The notes under the pieces: generated by a model
Told to the model about the DNA's origin: nothing
Databases searched by the model: none
The model's input: only the letters and a program-made list of their open reading frames with translations
Part shown: piece by piece, positions 49,091-61,890 of the stretch
Layout of the letters: each line of letters opens with the position of its first letter
How positions within the stretch are numbered: the first letter of the stretch is position 1
From: Octopus sinensis
Lineage: Eukaryota
NCBI RefSeq assembly: GCF_006345805.1
Contig: NC_042998.1
Location: 198,028,001-198,092,000 of the forward strand
Direction of reading: 5' to 3'
Length of the DNA: 64,000 nucleotides
Made by a program: the position numbers and the translations under genes

Positions 49091-50683
49091 CACTCTGGTG
49101 TACCCCGCTCCTTTTTAAGAAAGTTCAAGTGACTCTCCACAAGTAGTAAGAAGAAACAGCTGAAAAATGGAACTATATGTATATATATTATACATGCAAT
49201 GGGCTTCTTTCAGTTTCCATCTACCAAATCCACACAATGCTTTAGTTGGCCCAAGGATATAGTGGAAAACAGTTGTCCAAGATGTCACACATTGGAACTG
49301 AACCTAGAACCATGAGGCTGGGAAACAAACTTCTTACCAAATGGCCACAACTATGCCATATATATTCCAGTATACACACACGCACACATATATATATATA
49401 TATACATAAATATACCCCTGTACATACACACATGTGTGAAAGTAGTTGGCCTAGTGGTTCAGATGTTAGGCTCACAATTATGATGTCATGTGCTTGATTT
49501 TTAGATCAGGTGGTACACTGTGCTATTGAGCAAGACACTTCCTTTCATGTTGCTCCAGTATGGTCAGCTGAATATGAGTATCAGCTAACTGCTAGTGCAG
49601 CTGTCCCTCCCTCCAGCCTTCACATCCTCAATATTATGATAGGTCAACGGCATAAGTACCGAAGGAGTAACTATGTTTGCCCACAACTACATAAGCACCT
49701 GAAACAATTGGTGGAAACTTGATACAAACTATCAAGCCATAAATATATGCATGCAATATATATATATATTGTGACCAGCTGGATTTACCATTGCTAAAAG
49801 CCAAGAATTGTTTATTATTGACAGACTGACCAGCTGCAAAGATATCAACCAATTTTTTCTTCTTTCACTCTTTCTTCTTCCTTTCCTTCTTTTTCTTTAA
49901 TACCTCTTTCAGATACAAACACACACACACACACACACATGCTTTCCCTCACTTTCTACCCATTCCTCACCCTCTTGTACTATCTTATATCTCTCCTCAC
50001 CACTACACACTCAATAATACTATAAAAAGAGTCAAAATTCCTGCAAAAACTTAGTTCAATTTGAAGACTCCACTAGAGTGGACGAAAGCTCTAATATATG
50101 ATATATGATTTATAAAAACAAGTAACATACTAATAAATATCTGTAAATATAAAACCATCCAGATTTCTGAGTATCTAATTTCTTCTAATATATATATATG
50201 TATTTCCGGTCATTCAATATGTGGCCGTGTGTATATCATTGGTGACTTTTTTCCTTCGTCTTCCCTTCCTTGGATCTTTCCTTTTCCTATGTTTCTGACT
50301 AAGAGCTCCGCTTGAAACATGAAATCCTCCTTCTTTCTTTCCTTTCCTGAGCATCCAATAACACTATACTTGTTTCCACATCCTCGCGTTGTTGTTTTCT
50401 CTGTGTTTTCGTGTGGATTAACTATAATATGTATATATACATATGCTTATGTATATAATATAATAATGTATATAATATAAATATAAATTATATATATAAA
50501 TATAAATATATATATATATTATATATGTAATATATATATATCATATGTATATTTATATATATACATATATATATACATATGTATATATATATATATATGT
50601 GGATATATACATACATAATGTATACATACATAATATAATACATACATATATACATACTTAAAATAGAATAGAAGATCTGAAAT

Positions 50684-50729
50684 CCACCTGATGAATGTCC
50701 TGAGAAGAGACATGAAACAATTGTAGTGG
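50684..50729 (+). ncRNA. Minimal type-I hammerhead ribozyme, intact core
   Basis: CCAC-CTGATGA-ATGTC/GACAT-GAAA-CAATTG-TA-GTGG; all conserved core nucleotides, GUA cleavage triplet. Confidence 0.85.
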
Positions 50730-51293
50730 CGAATGTATTTTATTTAATTTATATTAAAATTTTTTATGTATTGGATTAAGTCTTTCTTTGTTTGATTTGC
50801 AAAATAGTGGTTTTGTCTCTAATTAATATTATATATATATTTACTATAAAATTGGATTCAATCCTAAATCTGATTTTCCCTGTAAATTTGGATTTATTCC
50901 CTATATTTATTATTATATATATATAATATATATATAGATATAATATATATATATCTATAGTATGTATATATGTGTGTGTATGCATATATATATATATATG
51001 GATATATACATACATAACAATATATATATATTATGTATACATCTTAGCTGCTTTCTCATATACGAGCAAAGCCATTTCTAGAGAGAATCATTGAAATGAG
51101 TCAATGTTGATGCAGTGTGTGGCCCTTGCGTGACTTTCAGTGAAAGTTTTGCACATTCTATTGCACAATACGCAGCTGTGCTGGCTGGCAGAAGAAACAA
51201 GTATCACAGTATGAACTCCTTTGACATACCTTTTCAGTCTTCCAGCTGAGATATATCTACATGCGTATGTGTATGTATATATATGTGTGTGGG

Positions 51294-51345
<52 letters not shown>

Positions 51346-51693
51346 AGAGAGAGAGAGAGAGAGAGAGAGATGGATAGATAGATAGATATACATGCATGTA
51401 TATATATATGTATATATACATACATATGTGTATATATACATATATATATATATATAGATGGATAGATAGATAGATAGATATACATGCATGTATATATATA
51501 TGTATATATACATACATATGTATATATATACATATATATATAATAGATGGAAGATAGATAGATAGATATACCTGCATGTATATATATATGTATATATACA
51601 TACATATGTTATATATACATATAATATAGATGGAGATAGATAGATAGATAGATATATATGCATGTATAATATATCTATATACATATGTATGTA

Positions 51694-51736
<43 letters not shown>

Positions 51737-51784
51737 CTTATATGTACATATGCCAGCATGAAAGGCAGATGTTAAACATGATGA

Positions 51785-51817
<33 letters not shown>

Positions 51818-52610
51818 CTATGTATCCATGTGTGTGTTGTGTGTGTGTGTGAGTGCATGTGTGCATATGTATCAAAATGGTATTTGCATCAAAAGAATAA
51901 TGTCACTGCCATGCAATTTCCATGTGACCTCATTCGGTAAACAGCACTTCTGCCAAACAAAGCCACCAATACTTGAGCAAAGTAAATATCCAATGGTGAT
52001 TCATGATTCTTGCGCAATGAACTATTTGGAAATATTCACATATGAGAGAGAAAATCGCTCTTTATTTATTCATCTGTGTCGCTTTATTTTGTTTTTTACC
52101 TATTTCTCACACGTCACTTACTTCAAGGAAGCAGTTTTTTTTCATCCTTAACATTAGCTTCAATCAAACTCAACAAATACCTGAAGCCTAAAGCTATTTG
52201 ACTATCGTTTGAATAATAAAATTGCAACCTTGATATTAAACCCTTTTGATGCCAGTCTGCTCAAGACAGCCTTTGGGTTTAATGATAACGATGAAAAAAA
52301 AAAAAAAAGAACCAAAACCTTCCTTTTCATAAAATGTTTATATTTAAATTAAAACCTTCAATCATATAATTTTATGGATGATATCTTTGTTGTGTTCAAA
52401 ACACCAGGTACGTTAGTTGTTATACTAAATGAATTTCAATAAATTATTGATTATTTTCAAAATTAATTAAAACACAGGTATTGCATGTCAGTAATATTGT
52501 CATGAGAGGGTTAACATGTTTACTGGAGACAATTTGACACCTTTCAGTAGCAATAACTTCCTGATATTCAAATATGATTCTATAAAAAAAATAATAAATA
52601 AATAAATTTA

Positions 52611-53030
52611 GGCGCAGGAGTGGCTGTGTGGTAAGTAGCTTGCTTACCAACCACATTTGGGGGGGGGTTCAGTCCCACTGCGTGGCATCTTGGGCAAGTG
52701 TCTTCTGCTATAGCCCTGGGCCGACCAATGCCTTGTGAGTGGATTTGGTAGACGGAAACTGAAAGAAGCCTGTCGTATATATGTATATATATATATATAA
52801 GTGTGTGTGTATATGTTTGTGTGTCTGTGTTTGTCCCCCTAGCATTGCTTGACAACCGATGCTGGTGTGTTTACGTCCCCGTCACTTAGCGGTTCGGCAA
52901 AATAAACCGATAGAATAAGTACTGGGCTTACAAAGAATAAGTCCCGGGGTCGATTTGCTCGACTAAAGGCGGTGCTCCAGCATGGCCGCAGTCAAATGAC
53001 TGAAACAAGTAAAAGAGAGAAAAGAGAGTA
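52611..53030 (+). mobile_element. SINE-C, full length
   Basis: Matches 43586-43990. Confidence 0.88.
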
Positions 53031-53984
53031 AATGAAAAACAAAAAAAAATAACTTTGTCCCACATTTACATACAGTTGAAAGGGGAGGGATACTGAAGTA
53101 TGATAAATGAATTATTATCATTATTCTCATCAACTTTTTCGAGTTCCAATTGAAAAGGAGGATGAGAGTAGAGAGGGAAGTGATGTCTGGTAGCAAATTC
53201 ATTGAAAGGTGGGTAAATGTCAGAAGAATGGCCAGTGTGAATGAACCAATTCTGGGGATACATCTGTAAAAAAAAAAACGTAATATAACAGGAGAAAGGG
53301 GCTCTCTACTCCCCCCTTTTTGAGCAGGCTCCCGTGGCTTTTATGGGTTTTTCCATGAGTAACCTTTCGAAGCGCCTCCCCCTGTTGGGAGTTTTACTTT
53401 GTTATATATTTTCGCTGTTATCTTGCATTTTTACAGGGACTTTTCAAACGGAAAAAACCCTTTTTGTAACTTTCGTCCTGTATTTTGTCCTTACATGTTT
53501 TGCTTGATTTTTGTTAGCCCCTCTGGCCAATAAACAAATTAATTATTATTATTATGAAGGCAGCAAGCTGTCATAATTGCTAATATGTCAGGTGAGATGC
53601 TTAGCAGCATTTCGTCTGTCACTACGTTGTAAGCTGAAATTCCACTGAGGTCAACTTTGCCTTTCATCCTTTCAGAGTCAATAAATTAAGTACCAGTTGC
53701 GTACTGAGGTCGATCTAATCTACTGATCCCCTCCTCCAAAATTTCAGGCCTTGTGTCTATAGTAGAAAGGATTATTATTATTATTATTATTGTTATTGTT
53801 ATTATTTTTCGCTTAGCGAAATGCATAGCAGCATTTCTTCCGGTTTAACATTCCAAGTTCAAATTCTGCCTTGGTCGACTTCCCCTTTCAGGGTCAATAA
53901 AATAAGTCCCAGTTTAGCACTGGAGTCAATGTGATTGACAAAACTCCTCCTAACAAATCCCAGTCCTTGTGTCTGTAGTGGAAA

Positions 53985-54230
53985 GGCATATGGCGTAGTG
54001 GTTAAGAGCGCCGCCTACTGACCTCAAGATTCCAAGTTCGATTCCAGGCAGTGACTTGAATAATAATAATAATAAAAATAACAACATTGAAAAATACCTT
54101 AGGCATGAGAGCCCAGGTTCGAAATTTCCCCAAGACACCTGATGAAGGTTGGAGGGTATATAAACCGAAACATGTTAACAACAAACAAGATGAGGACAAA
54201 TATCCATCAAATGTAAATAATGAGGATTAT
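53985..54230 (+). mobile_element. tRNA-headed SINE with (AAT)n linker and decayed hammerhead (54135-54176)
   Basis: A-box TGGCGTAGTGG, B-box AGTTCGATTCC, CTGATGA-A-GGTT/AACC-GAAA. Confidence 0.65.
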
Positions 54231-54444
54231 TATTATTATTATTATCATTGTTATAGGAAGCAAGCAGGCAGAATCATTAGCATCTCAGACAAAATACTTA
54301 GCAATATTTCTTCTGGCACAAAACAGTAAGAGTTCAAATCCTGCTGGGGCTGACTCTGCCTTTCATCCTTTTGGGAGACAATAAAATCTAACTACTGTGG
54401 TCAATGTAATCGACCTGGCCCCTCCACTCATAATTACTGTCCTT

Positions 54445-54925
54445 GTGTCAAAATAAAGGCACCATTTGAGTGTGATCATTACCAGCGTCGCCTTACTGGC
54501 ACTTGTGCCCATGCTAGTAGGGTGCCAAGAGCACCATCCGAGCATGATCGTTGCCAGAGCGGCTAATTGGCTTTTGTGCCGGTGGCACGTAAAAGGGCAC
54601 CATTCGAGCGTGATCGTTACCTGCGTCGCCTTACTGGCACCTGTGCCGGTGGCATGTGTAAAAAGATTCGAGCAAGATCATTGCCAGTACCGCCTGACTG
54701 GCCCCTGTGCCGTGGCACGTAAAAGGGCACCATTCAAGTGTGATTGTTACCAGCATTGCCTTACTGGCACCTGTGTCGGTGGCATGTGTAAAAAGATTCG
54801 AGCGAGGTCATTGCCAGTACCGCCTGACTGGCCCCCGTGCCGGTGGCACATAAAAGCACCCACTACACTCTCGGAGCAGTTGGCGTTAGGAAGGGCATCC
54901 AGCTGTAGAAACTCTGTCAGATCAT
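54445..54925 (+). mobile_element. RTE 3' UTR copy, subfamily B (3' end missing)
   Basis: Subfamily-B repeat units. Confidence 0.8.
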
Positions 54926-55720
54926 ATAAAGAAATATATGTTTAAGGGGAGATAAATATTAGCTCTCAATTTATAATATTCGACATCACACATGCATGAA
55001 CATCACACCATCTCAATTTTCCACCAGCACAAATTTGATAGTTTGTTAAGATACCCAGCTGTCTTTTGGGACAACAAAGTCACTCTCCCAAGTGGACTGG
55101 CCAGGTTTTGAACCAAGCACCAATTCACTGAATTACTCTACTGAACGGCACCAAACAAACCTCTGCGCTACCAACCACAACACTACAACATAAACACCTA
55201 CATCATCAAAGCACTCTGCTAACCTCATTACAACCAGCTAAACTCCACACCACCATCCCTCTCCACTCCACCCTGACACCACCATCCTCCCACACCATTA
55301 TTTCTCCTTCCTCCTTACCTTACTAACTTCCCTTCCACATGACCATCCCATCCCATCTCATCCCTCACTCCTCTCCACTTTGCTAACCTCAACGCCACAA
55401 TACCTTCTTCCTACCACCTTGGTAACCACCACTACACCATCCACAACCATCCTCCCCACTTCACCATCTGTAACTCTTCCGCACCACCATCCTTCAATCA
55501 CTCAGCCCCCACCCCACCCCCAACACACACAACTAACCACATATGCTAATTGTGAGGCAGTTCAGACATGGTCAAATTACATGGTTCTGATGAAGTTTAG
55601 TGTGTGTGTGTGTAGCTTCAATGTATATACATCAAATATATGAAAAGTGGATGATTATAGAGTGAATGCAGATACTAAGTGTATGTAAAGTGAATATCTA
55701 TCTGTCTGTCTGTCTGTCTG

Positions 55721-55751
<31 letters not shown>

Positions 55752-55848
55752 CTTTCTATCTATCTGCCTGTCTGTCTGTTTGTCTGTCTATCTATATCTG
55801 TCTGTCTGTCCATCCATCAGTCTGTCTCTTGATCTATCTATTTATGTA

Positions 55849-55888
<40 letters not shown>

Positions 55889-56373
55889 GTCTCTCTCTCT
55901 CTCTCTATATATATATTATATATATAATATATCTATAATATGTCATATATATATATATATATAATATTATATAATATATATTATATATTTCTATATATAT
56001 ATGTCTATATATATATATATATGTCTACATATATATATATATTTACGTATATTGAATTATGTAATGTATGTATAGTGAGTGCATGTATGACTTTATACAG
56101 GAATATGTATAAAGGGTGCATATATTGAATATGTGTATAATGAGTATTCTAGAGTGAAATGCATAGACATATAAGTGAAGTGTGCAGAGGACATATATAC
56201 TGAAGTATGCAGCAGAGTGGTGTGTATATTGGATTAGTGTGTCTGCCTATACACACATACATATATATATATATATAATACATATATATACTATATATAT
56301 ATATGTGTATATATATATATATATGTTATATATATATATATGTATATATATATGTATATATAATATATATATG

Positions 56374-56410
<37 letters not shown>

Positions 56411-56439
56411 TTGTTGTATATATATATGTATATATTATA

Positions 56440-56503
<64 letters not shown>

Positions 56504-56939
56504 GCAATATATTTATCTATTTGTTAATTAACAAGGTAAGTCATTTCTCTCTTCTGAAAGACATCTTCACCAAATTAGGTAACCTAAGCTAGCATAATCC
56601 AGAAAAAGCTGTGAGATAAACTAAATGAGAACCCCTAATAATGGCAGAATCAAATATCGAACTCAAAAGCTTGTAAAAAATCCAAGATAAGTTTACAGAT
56701 AAACATCACAAACAAATATTATAAACATATAAACAACCATATCAAAAAAAAAAAAACTACAGGGTACTCAATCAACCAAGAAACATTGGATATATAACCA
56801 ATTATGGAATAAACTTAAAGCCAGGAATTTCCTCCTCCGCTGTCTAATGGACGACAGCATGATTCTGACACCAATAGGCAAGATCACTACAAACACCCTT
56901 GGAAGCTTCCAAGGGTGTTTGTAGGTAGCTTGCCTATTA

Positions 56940-56971
<32 letters not shown>

Positions 56972-57300
56972 GAGTGAGAGAGCAGTGCATGCCATCAAAG
57001 TGACACTGGGGTAAAATATACGAAGCCCAATATACCCATCATGACTACCCATCTGATAAAGGTACACCAGGCACATGCATCACAACCATATGTGCGCGAC
57101 ATGGTGATCTCATATCAAGATAAACAGCACATGACCTTGCAGGTGGGGCCCAGTTAGAATTTTCTTCAGGTTGAGTAGCCCATCCCGCTCAAAAGGTCCC
57201 TGAATAAGGGTTGTTTAAGGATGTTGAAAGAACCACCCATGTTTCCAGAGGTGAATTGTTCAAACCCCAAAGAATCCCTCTCAACACATGGCTATGATGC
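56940..57300 (-). mobile_element. Probable LINE 3' end flanked by (TAA)n tracts (Dong/R4-like)
   Basis: Unique block between (TAT)n tracts at 56940-56970 and 57301-57360; Dong-type LINEs are known to target (TAA)n. Confidence 0.4.
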
Positions 57301-57315
57301 TTATTATTATTATTA

Positions 57316-57362
<47 letters not shown>

Positions 57363-57849
57363 TTAACTATACATTATTCTTAACTATACATTCTTATTCT
57401 TATTAACTATACATTCTTATTCTTATTCTTCTTAACTATACTTTCTTATTCTTATTCTTCTTAACTATACATTATTCTTAACTATACATTCTTCTCTATG
57501 TTTGCATGCATACATACAGACAAACAGTTAAGGTAAAAATCAACAAAAGTGTACTCCATCCAGTGAAAGACAAATATCCTTTAATGGACACAATATAAAG
57601 TCATGAACTACTAATATTTTCATACATTGGAGACATGGGTCCAGGCAGATTTTTGTAACATGCCTTGTGTCTCCAAGAAATTTGAAAATCAGGAAGCTGG
57701 TTTAAGCTTCTTGATTTGCAAACTGAATAGACCATGTACTCAAAATCTGCAGATTGCAAGAAACAATTATTAGCTTGAATCTTTATACTGTGTACATTAA
57801 ATGATATGTACACGCACACACACACACACAAGATAGACTTCCTCATATA

Positions 57850-58350
57850 TCAGGGGAAATCCTTAGAAGGAGAAGACAGTTTCAGTTACTTAGGTGACCA
57901 AGTTAGCGGTGGTTTTTCTGAAAGCATAGCTGCTAGAGTAAGAATAGGCTGGATGAAGTTCAGAGAGCTACTAATTACCTCAGTTAGTAATGAAGGGTTT
58001 CTCCCACAGAGTGAAAGGCAGATTGTATGATGTCTGTGTACAAACAGCTATGCTACATGGCAGTGAGACATGGGCTGCGACTACAGAGGATATGAGAATA
58101 CTTGAAAGAAATGAAGCCAGTATGCTTCACTGGATGGGTAATGTCAATGTGCATATACAACAAAGTGTATGTGATTTGAGAGAAAAACTAGATATATGTA
58201 GCATCAGATACAGTTTGCAAGAGAGAAGACTGCACTGATATGGCCATGTAATGTGTATAAATGAAGACAGCTGCACCAAGAGGTGCCAGTCTTTAATTGT
58301 AGACGGAACATGTGGAAGGGGTGGATCCAGGAAGACAAAGTGAGGTTGTA
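57850..58350 (+). pseudogene. Degraded copy of RTE C-terminal region
   Basis: DSFSYLGDQVSGG, KGRLYDVCVQTAMLHGSETW match the 6832 ORF. Confidence 0.8.
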
Positions 58351-59217
58351 AGATATCGCATGAGTGGAAATATAAATGAAAGAAGGTTTGAAAATGCAAT
58401 TTTAAAAGGTGTTTATTCACTTGACCGGTTTCACTTTTTTAGAAAAAGATTGTCAAAAGTAAAATGTAAAGCTTTGTAAAAGCTTTGTTGTGTTAGGTAC
58501 TGGTTGTCACAAAATATTACAATACATATATATATTCTTTGATAATAATAATAAAAATGTTAAAACAGTTTACAAGGAAAAATCTTGAGAAAATATTAAA
58601 AAGTTCATTGAAAATATTAGGATTTCATTAAAAATCATGTTTGTTTGGCAGTATCTATATATACGTTTAAATATTTGTTGTGCAAGATTTTTTATATATA
58701 TATACAGAGAAAATTATAAGTTCAAAAAGGTCATACAGAAAGAGATATATTTGGGAGTTTACAAAGAATTTGAGATAAAATGACCTGTTTTACCATCAGT
58801 TTAAGTTCACATCTAATAATTATAAAATAATAAATACATAAAAATAAGTATCTAAATTATAATCAACAAATATAGTAATAAAAAATCTAAAATCTAAAAA
58901 TATTAATAGTGATTATTTTGTTAAATAATTTGGTAATTAAATATTGGAGTATAACTGAGTTAAAGATATTCGATAGTTTATTATGTTTTTTTTAAACCAA
59001 ATTATATCTTCAAAGATAAATACATATTTCTATCTATTTTTTTACCTTAAAAATTAAATATTTAACATAATAAATGTGTTGTAGGAAATAATCTTAATGT
59101 TTTAAGTTTCAAATTTGGTTAATTGAAATTTTTTCTATAAGAAAAATTATTATTTTATTTATTTTTAAAATAAATATTGTTTAACTCTATTTGCTTATTT
59201 ATTTAACTATTATCATT

Positions 59218-59317
59218 AACCTGAAGATTGACTATAATTTTAAATCGAATTTATTTCAATTGAATTTAAACTTAATTGTAATTCAAATTTAATTGTAGCT
59301 ATGAAACGTACGTAGTT
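59218..59317 (+). ncRNA. Type-I hammerhead ribozyme candidate with long AU-rich stem II
   Basis: AAC-CTGAAGA-(long imperfect hairpin)-GAAA-CGTACG-TA-GTT. Confidence 0.65.
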
Positions 59318-59470
59318 TTTTTACTTATTATATATTGATCATTCATTTTTACACTTTTTGAGATCTATTTATATGTTTTATAAAAATATATATTATTTGT
59401 TTTTTATGTTTTGATTTATGTCTATCACTGTTTGAGTTGCATAATAGTGGTTTTATCTCTAATTTATATA

Positions 59471-59523
<53 letters not shown>

Positions 59524-59629
59524 ATATACATGTATATGACTGTTTATATATATAAATAAACATTCATGTACATGTATATATGTAGGCATATGTATATATG
59601 TTAGAATAAGAATGGAATGGAAGAAGCTC

Positions 59630-59659
59630 AGAGAGCTATTACCTCTTTTGTCATCAAAA

Positions 59660-59699
<40 letters not shown>

Positions 59700-60130
59700 A
59701 GTGAAGGGCAGATTATATGATGCTTGTGTATGAATGGTTATACTCCACAATACTGAAATATTGGCTCTGAATGCAGAAGACATATATAGGCTAGAGAGGA
59801 ATGAAGCTAGTATGGTCCACTGGATGTGCAACAGGAGTCTGACTGCATGACAAAGTGCAAATGCACTGAGAGAAAGGTCAAACATAAGAGGAATGTGATG
59901 CTGTATGAGAGAGAGAAGATTAGGTTGGTTTGGACATGTGAGGCATATGAATGAAGACAGCTGTGTAAAGAAGTGCTGATTGCTGTAAGTGGATGGCACC
60001 TGTAGAAGATGGAGACACAGGAAGACATGGGACGAAGCAGTGAGGACTGATTTCAGAATGTTGGGTCTCACAGAGGAGATGACAATGGACTGCGATGTCT
60101 GGTGATATGTGGTTCTTGAGAAAACCTGCT
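59630..60130 (+). pseudogene. Degraded copy of RTE C-terminal region
   Basis: RVKGRLYDACV, LERNEASMVHWMCN fragments. Confidence 0.75.
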
Positions 60131-60189
60131 CACCACAGAGAAAGTGAGTTCTGGGTGTGGTGTGTGTTTTATCCGTAAATAAAATAATA

Positions 60190-60437
60190 AATGCACCCTT
60201 TTAAAGCCTAGCCAGGCTCATGGGCCCAGTTTCTCAGTTTCAATGTCGCATGTGTTCCCCAGCTAACGGGACGCCAGTCCATCACAGCGTTACTCATTTT
60301 TGCCAGCTGAGTGGACTGGAGCAACGTGAAATGAAATGTTTTGCTCAAGAACACAACGCGTCGCCCAGTCTAGGAATCGAAACCACAATCTTACGATCAT
60401 GATGCTGACATCCTAACCACTAAGCCACACACCTCCA
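60190..60437 (-). mobile_element. tRNA-derived SINE (head as 19332 copy, different tail)
   Basis: Shared CAGCTGAGTGGACTGGAGCAACGTGAAAT block. Confidence 0.75.
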
Positions 60438-60721
60438 TGTTTTATCCATAAGTAACAAAAATAAAAATTTCACACACCCAACCCCGACAAACCAAACTAT
60501 ATCTCCTTTTCTCTTCTTCACATTTTCTTTTTTTCATGCACTATGCTTACCTCTTACTCTCCAATCCTGTCCTCACTGCTCTGCTCTCTGTATCATTGCT
60601 ATACTGTTGCACCTCACCTCCTCTATAAACCCACATTTCAGCAGTCACTGCATTCCCCATCCCCCAACTCTTTGCATTCATGAGAAATCCCTACTCCCTA
60701 CTCATGTACCCTTAGCAATAC

Positions 60722-60930
60722 TCCATCGTCGGCATCATCATCATTTAACGTCCGCTTTCCATGCTAGCATGGGTTGGACGATTTTGACTGAGGGATGGCG
60801 AACCAGATGGCTGCACCAGGCTCCAATCTTGATCTGGCAGAGTTTCTACAGCTGGATGCCCTTCCTAACGCCAACCACTCCAAGAGTGTAGTGGGTGCTT
60901 TTGCGTGCCACCGGCACGGGGGCCAGTCAT
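60722..60930 (-). mobile_element. RTE 3' UTR copy, subfamily B
   Basis: Family blocks. Confidence 0.85.
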
Positions 60931-61402
60931 TTATATTCTGACCCCCCTACCCCGTACCTTAAGGGCGTCCCTTGAGGGCACTTCACCGCCATCTCTCTCC
61001 TGCTCTCTCTTACACTCTCTTTCTCTTGCTCTCTGCCTCTAACTGGGTAACCATGTATCTTATCTATAGCAAGAGGCACCTGCTTCTATTCGTCTGTCAC
61101 ACTCTAACCTCTCATCACCTGGTACAAGGTCACCTCTGCCAGTGCCCCACCTCTCAAAGGATTGTTGTCTGGTGACTCTGCTAGTGCTGGTGCATCCTTC
61201 ACATGCTTCATTGTAGGATGACTAGTTTCCAGAGGACCCATTTTTCTGCCTTTGAAGGGACTGCCATAACAATTGCTACAAGTAAGTATTTAGATGTAAT
61301 GGCAACATTATAAGAATGTTGTACTTCAGTTGGCAGAAAGCAGGAAGATTAGGAAGGTAGATTTGATTGGATGAAAAATTATATATATATATATGTGTGT
61401 GG

Positions 61403-61765
61403 AGGTGCAATGGCCCAATGGTTAGGGCAGCGAACTCACGGTCGTAGGATCGCAGTTTCGATTCCCAGACTGAGCATTGTGAATGTTTATTGAGTGAAAA
61501 CACCTAAAGCTCCACAAGGCTCTGGCGGAGGCGAACCCTGTTGCACTTTTTCACCACAACTTTCTCTTCCTGTTTCTATTGTACCTGTATTTCAAAGGGC
61601 CAGCCTTGTCACACTCAGTTTCATGCTGCATCTCCCTAAGAACTACATTAAGGGTACACGTGTCTGTGGAGTGCTCAGCCACTTGCATGTTAATTTCATG
61701 ATCAGGCTGTTCTGTTGATTAGACCAAGTGAAACCCTCGTCATCGTAACCGACGGAGTGCCACGT
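61403..61765 (+). mobile_element. SINE-E
   Basis: Matches 28657-29040. Confidence 0.8.
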
Positions 61766-61796
<31 letters not shown>

Positions 61797-61890
61797 ATAT
61801 AGGTAAGAAATTAGATATTGATTTAATTAACATCGATTTCACATCAGTGGTCTAGCATTTAAAAAAACTGAAGGTTCAGTAAAATTGTAT

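Noticed and set aside
58500-59200. Very AT-rich block suggestive of a NUMT
   Set aside because: No mitochondrial gene, tRNA or rRNA motif recognised; more likely the body of the element carrying the 59218 ribozyme.
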